Shown here: positions 1 to 13,370 of the stretch, one piece after another | Layout: the number at the start of each line of letters is the position of its first letter | Numbering within the stretch: the stretch's first letter is position 1 | Assembly (NCBI RefSeq): GCF_026210795.1 | Contig: NC_089431.1 | Coordinates: 5,704,001 to 5,768,000 of the forward strand | Length of the DNA: 64,000 nucleotides | Origin: Rhizophagus irregularis | Lineage: Eukaryota | Direction of reading: 5' to 3' | The notes under the pieces: model-generated | Seen by the model: the letters and a program-made list of their open reading frames with translations, nothing else | Database searches by the model: none | What the model was told of the DNA's origin: nothing | Position numbers and translations under genes: made by a program

Positions 1-286
1 ATATGACGATTTGTTTGTCCTTAGCCAATTTTGTCGCGCTAACAAAAATCCAGGAACCGAAAGTCCGAGTAAAAAATTAAAAAATGTTCATTTAACGTGC
101 CAAAAAATTTAGACATGTCTTATTAAATTCTAATCCTTTATTATTATTATTCTAACCCTATAAACGAAAAAAAGAAATGGGTTCAGAAATTACATTGATC
201 GGATCCTGTATATTCGGGAATTTGTTGGTATTAAATTTTTGACAGCTATATGGAGCAGCTGACAGGGTGTGGATTATGCTAAGGGT

Positions 287-529
287 GCTTATGTTACGTA
301 ATTATTAAAAATCTTACGTTATATCAATAAAATCACATGATTTATAAATATTATAATAAACTGAATATTACGTAATGGACAAATTTATCCTGAACCGGGG
401 TCCAGGTTCTTTATCCTAAACCCCCTATATAAATAAGTTTTTTCAGGGTGATTAATACAGTTGCGGTCTATGATAAGAACCTGAACCCCGGTCTATTTTA
501 AGGACACTCTTACGTAACATGTGTAAGCC
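287..529. repeat. Small nested inverted-repeat (MITE-like) relic
   Basis: Outer IR atgttacgtaa (291-301) / ttacgtaacat (510-520); inner IR accggggtccaggttctttatc (~394-415) / gataagaacctgaaccccggt (~472-492). No clear TSD. Confidence 0.45.
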
Positions 530-1397
530 GTTTTTTTAATATTAAATTTTGAGGTGATGATAAAAATAGTAAACTATTTTTATCAAAGATTCGGGTCTGC
601 GGGATTACTAGCACCCGAAATAATCGTCCGGGTGGTCCGGACTACCATTTTTTTCATGGGTTATTACTTATTAGGCTACTTCGAGTCAATTAATCAATGG
701 ACCAACAGTTTTGGTGGTTACATCAACAAATCAAACATGTGATCAAAAATGCCGATCAATCAATTTTGATACCTGAATAGTCATCGAAGTCGAGCTTGAT
801 CAACCATCGATCTAGCTATAATAAAATTGAATTGACTGTGAATAGCTGGATATAACTAATACAGTTGAATCAATTGAAATTATAAAATTTACGACTAAAT
901 TTCTTGCAATTATATAATTTTTTTTTAATGGATTGATATTTATTTTCTGAGTAATTATTGTTTTATTAATGTTTCAAAAAATGTCTTATTAATTAAATAA
1001 ATTTAAAAACATAATTCAAAAAAAATTCAATCGAATTTGTGTGATAAACAAATAGTTAACACATCCCAGATTTGGAATAACTTGAAAACTGTCAAATGTT
1101 ATACCTCCGTAAATGGTACTGCAATTTACATGGTTCTACATTACTATAAATATCTCGTATAGTCGTTTAGGGATAGACCAACATTATACATAAGGAAAAT
1201 ATTACGGTGGATAGGAATTGTTGTATTGTCTGTATTGTTTGGTAACTAATTGATTCCAAAAATAGTCTAATCATGAAAAAATATTTTATAAATCCAACTT
1301 TCTAAATAAAGAAATTCATGTCTTTTTTGTTTTGTTTTATTTTATTTTATTTTATTTTTTTCTGATTCTAGACACAAAAGTCTTTTGTAATTAAATA

Positions 1398-3011
1398 ATG
1401 TCTTATACCACATTTTATTTGTGTTTAATTTTTGGGTTAGGATACATATTCTTTGGAGTTGAATCATATGTTCCTGTAGGACGTATAAGTCATTCCTCTA
1501 TACTTATTGGAAATAAGATATATTATTTTGGTGGAATAACAGACGTAGGAGCATCAGATGATGCATTTTATCTTGATTTATCTCAATCATTTGATGTAGT
1601 AAACCCACCATGGACTCAAATACCTAATATTCCGTTTAGAAGTTCATGGGCGTCTGTTGCATCAGATAATTCTAATAATGCAGATATATATCTCTTTGGA
1701 GGAATAATGTTTGATGTAAATATACAAAAAGATTCATTTAAATCATTTGTATATAAATTTAATATTAATTCATTATCATGGAATATACCTACTGTTAGTG
1801 GTACTGCTCCCTCAAGACGAATAGAAATGAAAGCTATTAGTGATAATTCAGGAAAAATTTATATTTTTGGTGGAGCTGCTAATTCTTTAGTAGGTGCACA
1901 AACCAGAACGTTTTTTAGCGATATGATAACTTTTGATATCGCTGATTCATCATGGTCAATTAATACTGCGGTTAATGGACGTGCTACATATTCAGCGACA
2001 TTATTATCAAATGGTATTATTGTGTATGTAGGAGGACTTGAACCCTTTAATGGAAATAACGATGTAGTCCTAATAGCAGATATTTCAAAAATTCTTCTTT
2101 TTGATACAAATTCTTTAACATGGTCAACGAAAGTATGTATTGATATTAACTAATTACTACTATACTATAGTACTAGTATTACTGCTACTATTATTGTTTT
2201 CTTTCTATTAAACAAATATCTTCAAATTTTTAGTCAGCGATAATTAAAGCTTCAGTCCTAGTCGAAAGTCGTCATGCGCATTCAGCAGTATTAGGTAAAA
2301 AAAAATGATAATAAATGTTATTATTATTTTATAATACGCTTTGAAAAAAACTCCTTTTTAAACATGTATTTTTTTTTAAAAAAAAAAAATTTAAAAGCTC
2401 CAAATGATCAAATTATTATTTATGGAGGTACTCGTAGTACCGTCAATGATGTTGACTTTAATCAAGCATCTCCAGATGTGTTAGTTTTAGATACAAAAAA
2501 AGATTTATTTGAAATAACAGCACCGAATGTATCTACAAATATTGGCAAATTTCCAACACTTACGGCTCATACAGCGAATCTTTACGGAAATTATATGATT
2601 GTGGCTTTTGGTAAATAATTTATATAAAATAAAAAATTTTTTTTTTGCATGTTTACATGTAATATTTCACATTAATAAATTTTTTTTTAATTATTTTTAA
2701 TTAAAGGAATTAAAGGGAATATTACTCGACAAAATGTCATAACATTATATAGAAATGAAAAAATTTACGTAATGGATATAAGAAATTTTACATGGGTCAA
2801 TTCACTTGATCTTAGTCAAGCGGATAATAATAAAGTTTCTGATTCGCAATCTTCTAATAATGATAAAACAACAATTATCCTTGCATCAGTCCTTGGAATT
2901 TTAGGAGGTTTATTAGTTTTAATTGGTGGATTCTTTGTTTATAGATGGATCAATAAACGGAAACGAGAAAAAGACGATCCTGGTTTTTTTGGTTCGAATA
3001 TTGATAGATGA
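1398..3011 (+). CDS. Kelch-repeat type I membrane protein, paralog 1 (cytoplasmic tail shortened by a frameshift)
   Basis: Exons 1398-2132, 2234-2294, 2398-2610 and ~2707/2716-3011 with GT-AG introns. Signal peptide, kelch motifs (IYYFGG, IYLFGG, IYIFGG, IVYVGG, IIIYGG, MIVAFG), Ser-rich stalk, TM helix then KRKREK. The paralogous tail continues out of frame after the TGA. Confidence 0.88.
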
Positions 3012-4407
3012 CGTTGATATTCCTGGTGCATCCGTTAATGATAGATTTGGTGAATATGAAAGATTAAATAAAATAATTAATTTTTTTTGGCTGATTTAAT
3101 ATCGGTCTTTACTAGTTCAATATTTTTAAATTTTATATGTATATCATTACATATTTTCTATATTCTAACAATTTTATTACGGCACTTATAATTTATTATA
3201 GAACAAAAAAACCAATGACATTATAAAAAAAAATCACGAATTAAAAATTCCAATTTTATTTAATTTATTTTTAAAGCAAAGATTGTTCAAGTTAAAAATT
3301 TATTCTTTTACTGGCTAGAAACTCTAACTACTGCTATTTGGAAAAGTTCTGCCTATTTCGAGACCTTAAAAAACTATTTTGGGATCTTTATAAAGTAAGG
3401 GTTCTTAATATATATATCCATGAAATGTAGCGTGTTTTATAGGAAAGAAAAATTTTTTTAAATAAAGATGTCAATTTTTTAAATGACCTAATTAACCAAT
3501 CATACATATAAGTAAAAAATATAACTTTTTAATAAAGAAAATGTCAAAAGATATTCTTCTTGTTTTTCTTTTATTATAAATTCATAAAATTAAAAATATG
3601 ATTAAATAGTAAGAAACGGGAACCGTTATACAGTCCAAAGTGTCGTTTCTGATTTATGAAGTTCGTTTACTTAAAAATGTATCAATAGCGTAAACTTTCG
3701 TAAAATATGCAGGACAAAACCGGTATTGATATGATATTTTCGGACTAATAAAGTTTTCTTTTTTATTTCATAACAATGAACTATTAAGAAGTATTTGTAA
3801 AACAACATTATAAAGAGCACAATTTAATTAAAATTGTGCGCGTTAACACTGTGTTAAATTCTACTTGTCCCTAGATTAATTGAGATGATGACAAAAATAA
3901 TACAATAAACTATTTTTATCAGGGTGTGTCCAAATCTGGCCACCATTGTTGTTGATTAATGCTCAATTAATGATCGAGCTGGCTGTGCAGCTGGATATAG
4001 TTGAATCAGTTCGGAATTATAAAATTCTAACTAAATTTCTTGTAATTATAGAAAATTTTTTTAATGGATTGATATTTATTCGTTGAGTAACTTTAGTAAT
4101 ATTTCAAAGAATGTTTTAATAATTAAATAAGTATTAAAAAATCAACTTTTAAGAAAAAAATAGAATCTGTCAACTCCTAATTCCTGTTCAACTCCGGCAG
4201 TGTTGTTAGTGTTTGTTACACCTCCACTGTCAGGTTCACTGATACATTACTAAAAATACTTGAAGATAGATCATCGGTAACTTACGATTTAGGTAGAATT
4301 GTGGCATTTTGTTTGCTAAAAAATTTAACTCAGGATCGTTATGAAATCATTGAATTTTAATCTTTTTTTTTTTTATTCCAGACTCAAAAGTTTTGATAAT
4401 TAATATA

Positions 4408-6115
4408 ATGTCTTATAAATCTTTTTATTTATTTTTAATTTTTGCGTTGAAATACATATTCTTTGGAGTTGAATCATATATTCCCGTAGGACGTATAGGT
4501 CATTCCTCTATACTTATTGGAAATAAGATATATTATTTTGGTGGAATAACAGACGTAGGAGCATCATTAAATGATGTATTTTATCTTGATTTATCTCAAC
4601 CATTTAATGTAGCAAATCCACCATGGATTAAAATAACTGATATTCCGTTTGGAAGTTCATGGGGATCTGTTGCATTAGATAATTCTAATAATACAGAAGT
4701 ATATCTCTTTGGAGGAATAACGGATGATGTAAATACACAAAAAGATTCATTTAAATCATTTGTATATAAATTTAATATTAATTCCTTATCATGGAATATA
4801 CCTGCTGTTAGTGGTCCTTATCATGGAATATACCTGCTGTTAGTGGTATTGCTCCCTCAAGACGAATAGAAATGAAAGCTATTAGTGATAATTCAGGAAA
4901 AATATATATTTTTGGTGGAGCTGCTAATCTTTTAGTAGGTGCACAAACCAGAACGTTTTTTAGCGATATGATAATTTTTGATATCGCTGATTCATCATGG
5001 TCAATTAATACTGCAGTTAATGGACGTGCTACATATTCAGCGACATTATTATCAAATGGTATTATTGTGTATGTAGGAGGATTTGAACCTTTTAATGGAA
5101 ATAATGATGTAGTCCTAATAGCAGATATTTCAAAAATTCTTCTTTTTGATACAAATTCTTTAACATGGTCAACGAAAGTATGTATTGATATTAATTAATT
5201 AATTACTAATATCATCATCATCATCATCATCACTATTATTTTCTTTTTAATTAAAGGTTTAAATTCTTCAAATTTTTTATAGTCAGCAAAAATTACAGCT
5301 TCAATACCAGTCGAAAATCGTCAGAGGCATTCAGCAGTATTAGGTAAAAAGAAACAAAAAAAAAAATTATTATTATTACTTTATAATAACACAAAAATAA
5401 TAACACTTTGAAAAAATTTCTTTTAAAACATACATATTTTTTTTTAAAAAAAAAAAAATTAAAAGCTCCAAATGATCAAATTATTATTTATGGAGGTACT
5501 CGTACCACCGACGAGGTTGACTTTAATCAAGTATATCCAGATGTGTTAGTTTTAGATACAAAAAAAGATCCATATGAAATAACAGCACCGGATATATCTA
5601 CAAATACTGGCATATTTCCATCACTTGCGGGTCATACAGCAAATCTTTTTGGATATTATATGATCGTGGCTTTTGGTAAATAATTTATATTGTGAAAATT
5701 TTTTCGCTACATGCATATAAATGTAATATTTCACATTAATAAATTTTTTTCATTTTCCATTAAAGGAAATACCACTCACAAAGATGATGAACCATCATTA
5801 GGTAAAAATGGAATTATTTACGTAATGGATATAAGAAATTTTACATGGATCAATTCACTTGATCAAGCTGCGGATAATAAAACTTTAAAAACTTCATCAC
5901 CTGTTTCACAATCTAATAAAAATAAATTGAAACTTCTACTTGCAACAGCTTTTGGGATTTCAGGAGGTTTATTAGCTTTAACAGGTGGATTCTTTGTTTA
6001 TAGATGGATCAATATAAGGAAACGAGAAAAAGATCATGCTCCTGGTTTTTTTGGTTCGAATGATGATGACAGTATTCCTGGCACACCTACTGATGATAAT
6101 CTTAGCTCGTATTAA
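4408..6115 (+). pseudogene. Kelch-repeat membrane protein paralog 2, frameshifted
   Basis: Exons 4408-5177, 5283-5343, 5466-5675, 5766-6115. A 32-bp tandem duplication (4784-4815 / 4816-4847) shifts the frame and gives a stop at 4869. Confidence 0.85.
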
Positions 6116-7559
6116 ATAAAATGATCAATTCTTTGACAAGATTTATTTGATATAAGTTTTTGTTCATTATTTTTATATTTTATACGTATTTTATAATATA
6201 TCTTCTCAATTATATAACAATTTTTTAGGCTATTTGGCCATTTACGATTTATTATAAAAAAAAAAAGATTCATAAATGAATTTTCAGTTATAAATAATTC
6301 GTAATAATTTTTATCAGACATTTACTAATTGGTCGTGACATCGTGCCTTACATGTATTTGCAATAAAAATATCATGATCAGTGAGCTGCGCTCAGTAAAT
6401 CCCACCAATCATATTGCTTATTGCAAATATCAATCGGCACGAAGTAACTATTAAATATCGCTCGTTGAACAAAATAAATAAATAAATGAAAAAATAAAGC
6501 TATATTCGATAAATGAGTTCACAAACGGTTCACAAACGGGCATAAATATGATTCTTTTAGAATTATATATTTACAAATCATAATGATTAAAATTTTTAGG
6601 ATATATGTAAACTGTTCAAGTCAGAAATATAATAATATGTTGTCATGTAAAACATATTTTTACAATTAGTTGATTTAATGTCTATGTATAGAACTTATAT
6701 ACACAACATTATAATTTATAAGTGAATAAATTTTTATCTGGGCGCGAAAGACTATACACCATATTTCTATGCATTTATGTGTTTCCCGCCATAAAAATCG
6801 ATAACGTAATAAAAATAACAATAATATAATTTTTATTATTACTGAACTGCTGGGAAAATTCAAAGGTTTAAACTTTATTTTTACACAATTAAAATAATTA
6901 ATAAGAAAAGTTCTGACAGTTTAGAAATTTTTAAGGAAAAAAATATAATTTTAATTTTTTGAGTTTGAGACTTTGAGTATTTATACGATTGAATTTATTT
7001 GACATATTTATTATTTAAATACTTTTATTATTTAATTTAATTTTTGCAGGGTGAAGGAAACTCCCTCTCCGGTTAATACCGACTACTATAAATTTATAAT
7101 TGGGTTCCATTCCTAGGTTTTATTAATTTCTAGTTATAATATTAATCAAAATAAAAAGACACATCTAAATTGCAAAATAATTCTCCAGGATTGACTGTAT
7201 ACGCGAACTTACTTTTTTGGAATATAAACTGTAAAACATGATGCATGATCTTAGATCAACAGTCGACTTACCTATAATATCTCTTAATTTGTCGTTCCGT
7301 AAGATTAGTGTAAGATTATGATAACTCGCGTAACGATCAATAATTTTTCAAAAAAAAGGCGATATCCGAACAATATCCTGATATAACCCAGATTAGTTTA
7401 AATAATTTTGTGCTTAATAACGATTCACTTTTCAGGAAACTTATTTTAACGATGCAAAAATATTCGTCATTTTTTTTTAATACAAAAAAAAACATTTTTA
7501 TTAATATAAAATGTATTTACATGCATTTTATCATAAAAATTTTTATTATATTAGTAAGT

Positions 7560-7780
7560 TGTTCAGGAATATCTTCACTTGATATTGTATGCAAATATCC
7601 ATTTTAACATTATATGTAACTTTAGAACACCTATCTTAAGAGCTAAATGCGATTTCATTTCATTTGGCTTTTCCACGTTTCAAAGATTGTGAAAATTTTA
7701 CACACTGCTTCCTTATGAGCATTATTTGGAATATTTATAATGCTAAATTTCATACTTTATCTTTTTTTTACCTGGTTTTT
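7560..7780 (-). pseudogene. Decayed BED-zinc-finger-like fragment (hAT transposase N-terminus)
   Basis: Minus-strand pieces across frameshifts read NIPNNAHKEAVCK..SQSLKRGKA..NEMKSHLALK..CSKV, a Cys/His pattern resembling BED fingers. Confidence 0.4.
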
Positions 7781-8616
7781 TTTTTTGAACTAAATTTAAA
7801 AGTTTCATTTTCTGCGCCTTCTAACATTATATTTGATCAAATCTAAAAGACTAAAACAATATTTGTATAGATGCTACTTTCATTATTAAATAAAATATTA
7901 ATTTTAATGTTTTACTATAGCAGATATAAATATTATTATAAAGTAACATACCATAATACCATATTCAAAAGTAAAAAATTTAATTAATTGTTTAAAGAAA
8001 TATTTATTCTAAAAAAGGGGCAGTTTGACTTTTTAATAGCTGTATATATTTGTTTTTGCTAATAGAATAAATAATATAAAATGATGCTAATTTTTTGGGC
8101 CTTTTTTTAAAAAAATATTTTTTTTGGGCTTAGATTAGCATTTAACAAAAAAAGGCTTACCGTATTGCGGAGCCATATAGTAAGATACAAATTTCACTCT
8201 CTATTGCGCGAATTTTATTATTAATTGAGAATGTTTGAAACTTATATAACAATTGAGATCATACGGACGTTTATCGTCGCCAGATAAAACATGGGGGGTA
8301 CTGTGCCGCAAAAAATGGGAGTTTTTTTTAGCATTTAGTTTTTTAAGCCAAATGATTAATATTTGAACTTGGTCTTTTTAAGCCAAATAATACTAATTTA
8401 TTTAGGCTTAGCATTTAACAAAAAAAGAGAGTTTCTAGAATCACTAAATTACATGACGGCACAGATGCTTTAATAAATTAATATTTACAAATTGTCAAAC
8501 GTTTCATTTTTGTCTTGTCGTGATTTTTGTTGTTTATTTAAGTATCGTTAAAGTATCGTTAAAGTATCGTTAAGGATTTTTTTTTTATTTCATTAATTTT
8601 TATAAATATACTGATA

Positions 8617-9098
8617 CAGTCGCACCTCCATAAGTGCACCCTTTATAAGTGCATTCTCTCCCTATATGCACGCCATGGCTTGGTCCCAAGCTAGGGACTT
8701 AGAGCTACGTGCACACTCTCTATGTTCTACACGTGCGTGCATGTAATTCTGAATTCCGGGTATATCAGAGCACTCTCCATCAATGCATTCACGTGATAAC
8801 TATATAATGTTGACCAATCATCGATAGCTGTTTGGTCCTTTAAAATAGATAAATTTGACAATTTAATAAAAAATATTCTTCAATCTTTTTAATTTTTTTA
8901 ATTTTATTAAATTACTTTACACCACAGATCATTTTTGTATGTGCAATTCTTTCATTAAAATGAAAATATAAAATAAAAGTGAATTTAAATAAATATTCCC
9001 TCAAATTACTAATATTGATTTTTCTCTAAGTGCACACCCTCCCTAATTGCATGTGCATAGCCGGGCCCCAGGTGCGTGCACTTATGGAGGTGCGACTG
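8617..9098. mobile_element. Tc1/mariner (pogo-like) MITE, 482 bp
   Basis: Perfect 23-bp TIR cagtcgcacctccataagtgcac / gtgcacttatggaggtgcgactg, TA on both sides, no coding capacity. Confidence 0.9.
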
Positions 9099-9871
9099 TA
9101 TATGGAATTTTAAGCCCTGTAAAAAATGTCGTTCCGTCTTCTATATTCCATTTTTTTTTTCGTAAAAGGCTCATATTTCCGGAATTAGTAACCTTATATC
9201 ACGGAATTTATCGATTTATTTACATTTTCCGTGAATAGATCCGTGAAAGGCATGTCATTTTTACGGAGTTTTTACAGAAATAACGGATAAACCTGTGCAG
9301 ATCATGTGTCTGCGGCTACCACTTTTTTTTTTTTGACATGTGAATTAGCTGGATATAACTGAATCAGTTTAATCGGTTTGATATTATAAAATTCTACTTG
9401 AAAATTGAATCGAATTTGTGTAATAGTACCTTTTGTTACGCCAACTCCTACATCAGGGAATTTTTTCCACATAAAATATTGTGGAAATATGTGAAAATCT
9501 CAATAGTTCCAATATTTTCCAAATACCCTGTGACAAACACATGGTATTTTCGGAGTAGATCCAATATTAATCCATCATATTGGAAAATTACCTAAAAATT
9601 TCATGATGTATACCGGTTTTACACCTCCGTAAATTTACATGGTTCGAGCAATAACTCACTATATTCAATGATTACTCGTATCATTTACTATAAATACTTA
9701 TCATTATACACATCAGCATCGTTAATTGGTAACTGATTCCCAAAAATGGCTTACAATGAAAAAAACGAATTGTTAAAAGATTGCTATGAAATGATTTTCT
9801 TTTTCGTTTTATTTAATTTTATTTATTTATTTTTTTTTGATTCCAGAGTCAAAAGCTTTTAATAACTAATA

Positions 9872-11870
9872 ATGTCTTACAACACTTTTTATTTGTGTTT
9901 AATTTTTGCGTTGGGATACATATTCTTTGGAGTTGAATCATATATTCCCGTAGGACGTATAGGTCATTCCTCTACACTTATTGGAAATAAGATATATTAT
10001 TTTGGTGGAATAACAGACGTAGGAGCATCATTAAATGATGTATTTTATCTTGATTTATCTCAACCATTTAATGTAGCAAATCCACCATGGATTAAAATAA
10101 CTGATATTCCGTTTGGAAGTTCATGGGGATCTGTTGCATTAGATAATTCTAATAATACAGAAGTATATCTCTTTGGAGGAATAACGGATGATGTAAATAC
10201 ACAAAAAGATTCATTTAAATCATTTGTATATAAATTTAATATTAATTCCTTATCATGGAATATACCTACTGTTAGTGGTATTGCTCCCTCAAGACGAATA
10301 GAAATGAAAGCTATTAGTGATAATTCGGGAAAAATTTATATTTTTGGTGGAGCTGCTAATTTTTTAGTAGGTGCACAAACCAGAACATTTTTTAGCGATA
10401 TGATAACTTTTGATATCGCTGATTCATCATGGTCAATTAATACTGCGGTTAATGGACGTGCTACATATTCAGCGACATTATTATCAAATGGTATTATTGT
10501 GTATGTAGGAGGACTTGAACCTTTTAATGGAAATAACGATGTAGTCCTAATAGCAGATATTTCAAAAATTCTTCTTTTTGATACAAATTCTTTAACATGG
10601 TCAATGAACGTATGTATTGATATTAATTAATTAATTACTATCATCATCTTCATCACTATTATTTTCTTTTTAATTAAAGGTTTAAATTCTTCAAATTTTT
10701 TATAGTCAGCAAGAATTACAGCTTCAATACCAGTCGAAAATCGTCAGAGGCATTCAGCAGTATTAGGCCACACAAATTCGAATTTTCGGTTCACTTCACC
10801 CGGCCGGGTCACTTTTTCAAATTTCAATAAAAAAAAGTTTATATATAAAAAAATTATCACGTGATCAGGACGTAAATTTATTGGCGGGTAAGTTTATCAC
10901 GCGGCTGAGAACTTCTAGAGCGAAAATAAATTCCTCCCTTTTAAAAGTCAACCAATCAAATGTCACGATTTTATATATAAACTTTTTTTACTAATAAACA
11001 ATAAACCCCGGGTCCCCGGGTCGATTTTAAATTTCAATGTTACGTGAACCGAAAAATTGAATTTGTGTGGCCTTAGGTAAAAAGAAACCAAAAAAAAAAA
11101 ATTATTATTATTACTTTATAATAACACAAAAATAATAACACTTTGAAAAAATTTCTTTTAAAACATACATATTTTTTTTAAAAAAAAAAAAATTAAAAGC
11201 TCCAAATGATCAAATTATTATTTATGGAGGTACTCGTACCACCGACGAGGTTGACTTTAATCAAGTATATCCAGATGTGTTAGTTTTAGATACAAAAAAA
11301 GATCCATATGAAATAACAGCACCGGATATATCTACAAATACTGGCATATTTCCATCACTTGCGGGTCATACAGCAAATCTTTTTGGATATTATATGATCG
11401 TGGCTTTTGGTAAATAATTTATATTGTGAAAATTTTTTCGCTACATGCATATAAATGTAATATTTCACATTAATAAATTTTTTTCATTTTCAATTAAAGG
11501 AAATACCACTCACAAAGATGATGAACCATCATTAGGTAAAAATGGAATTATTTACGTAATGGATATAAGAAATTTTACATGGATCAATTCACTTGATCTT
11601 GATCAAACGGCGGATAATAAAACTTCATCACCACCTTCACAATCTTCTAATAATGATAAAACAAAACTTATACTTGCATCAGTCCTTGGAGTTCTAGGAG
11701 GTGCATTAGTTTTAGTAGGTGGATTCTTTGCTTATAGATGGATCAATAAAAGGAAAAAAGAAAAAAAAGTACCTGGCTTTTTTGGTTCAAATTTTGATAG
11801 ATATGATGCCGGATTCCCTGGTACACCTGTTGATAATAGTAAATCGCCAACCGAGGCATGTAAAAAGTGA
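9872..11870 (+). CDS. Kelch-repeat membrane protein paralog 3 (MITE at the exon 2 / intron 2 junction; may be disrupted)
   Basis: Exons 9872-10609, 10706-10766, 11200-11409, 11500-11870. The frame is intact if the insertion is spliced out. Confidence 0.75.
10766..11072. mobile_element. PIF/Harbinger (Tourist-like) MITE, 307 bp
   Basis: TIR ggccacacaaattc..ttcggttcac / gtgaaccgaa..gaatttgtgtggcc; TTA TSD at 10763-65 and 11073-75; the empty site is seen in paralogs 1, 2 and 4. Confidence 0.92.
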
Positions 11871-11978
11871 TATTTTTACAGTTGATTTAATGCCTATTTT
11901 ATAGAATTGACGATATAAGTGAATAAATTTTTGTCTCCCTGTCCGGAATAAAAAATAGCAAAATAGCTATAATTTTTA

Positions 11979-12521
11979 TCCCTTAAACTGTTTTGCAGCC
12001 AAATTTGCCTACAATTTTGTTTTTTAATTAAAGACACTTTTAAATACCTTAGAAAATACTATAGAATTTATTACAAAAATATTGGTTTATGTAATAAAAT
12101 ATTTTAAGTAAAAATCGAAAAAAAAGTTCAATTTGATTAATGATTTTTTAAAAGTTAAATGATCGATAAATTATAACAAATAGTAGCTAATTTTTTAAAT
12201 TGAAATATCTTTTTATCCATTAACCCTAGAAATATAAAATTACCACCATTTGATGCGTCTTAATGAGAAGAATCTGATAGAAATAAAATTGTTCTTCTAC
12301 AAATATTATGTGACACGATAACTTATAAAATCTAAAAATTTATAAATTAATATAACTTTTTATTTATCAATTTTAGAGTTATGATTTTATTACCATTAAA
12401 TGCGTCTTAATAAGAGGAATCTAACAAATATAAATTTATCTTTCTATGATCACTAAATCTTAAGATATTTTAAAAATTCTAAAATTTTTAAAATTAATTT
12501 TAGCCCCTACAGTTTAAGGGA
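11979..12521. mobile_element. TA-flanked MITE, 543 bp
   Basis: TIR tcccttaaactgt / acagtttaaggga, TA flanks, internal repeat atgcgtcttaat.ag..gaatct; absent from the homologous spacer at ~6830. Confidence 0.8.
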
Positions 12522-12683
12522 TAACCGAACTGCTGGGAAAATTCACAAGTTTAAAATTTTTTTTAAATAATTAATATAAATATCATTACTACTAGCACTT
12601 TATATATGAATTTACGACAAGAAAAGTTCTTCTATCAGTTTAGAAAATTTTTAAGAAAAAAAAAATAAAATGTATTTACTACT

Positions 12684-12775
12684 TAGTTCGATCCGGATAA
12701 AAACCATTATTCGGGTAAATAAAAAAAATATCCGATTTCTATCCGGATAATCCGTAAGTCCGGATATATTTTGTA
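12684..12775 (+). mobile_element. Truncated left end of the hAT-like family seen at 43648
   Basis: ttcgatccggataaaaacc..atccggat repeats align with 43653-43730. Confidence 0.5.
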
Positions 12776-13095
12776 GATCAATCTTAAATAATTCTTGGCA
12801 TTTTATAGTGTCACTTGGTTAATTAAATTACGTGTATAACAGGTTATATTAAAAATTTTAATTTTGGACGGAAATTAACGGAATTACATCCGTTTAATTT
12901 GAAAAATGTAATTTTCCATCAAAATCTGATCATCAAAATTGCTGCGCCACAACCATGTTTTTATAATGCACATCATCAAAGAGTTTATTTTTTACAAGAT
13001 GGAGGAAACTCCTAATATTGGCTACTGTAAATTTATATAATTGACTCAAACGGATTCCATTCCTAGGTGGGTTTATTAATTTCTAATTAAATCAT

Positions 13096-13370
13096 ATACC
13101 GTATTTTATTAATATTAAGCACGCTCCACATTTAATATAATAACTAAAAATAAGCGCCTTTTGATGATATCTCAAACATTTGAAATTATATCATTGGATT
13201 CATCTCATTGAGACGAATCATTTATTTACGAAAAGATCAATTAGAAACAATAGAAGATCATTCATTTTTTTTTTTTTAAGAAAATATTCATACATATCTA
13301 AATTATTGCTTTATAAAATTTACGTTAGATCCATAAAATTATAACATCATGAAATGAATATTTTTCTCAA
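13096..13370. mobile_element. Truncated pogo-like element fragment
   Basis: Starts ta|ccgtatttt, contains the palindromic gattcatctcattgagacgaatc, and is absent from the homologous spacer at ~7135. Confidence 0.4.

Noticed and set aside
4807..4843. 32-bp duplication rescued as a new intron
   Set aside because: Available GT..AG pairs remove 30, 33 or 37 nt; none restores the frame and all are very short.
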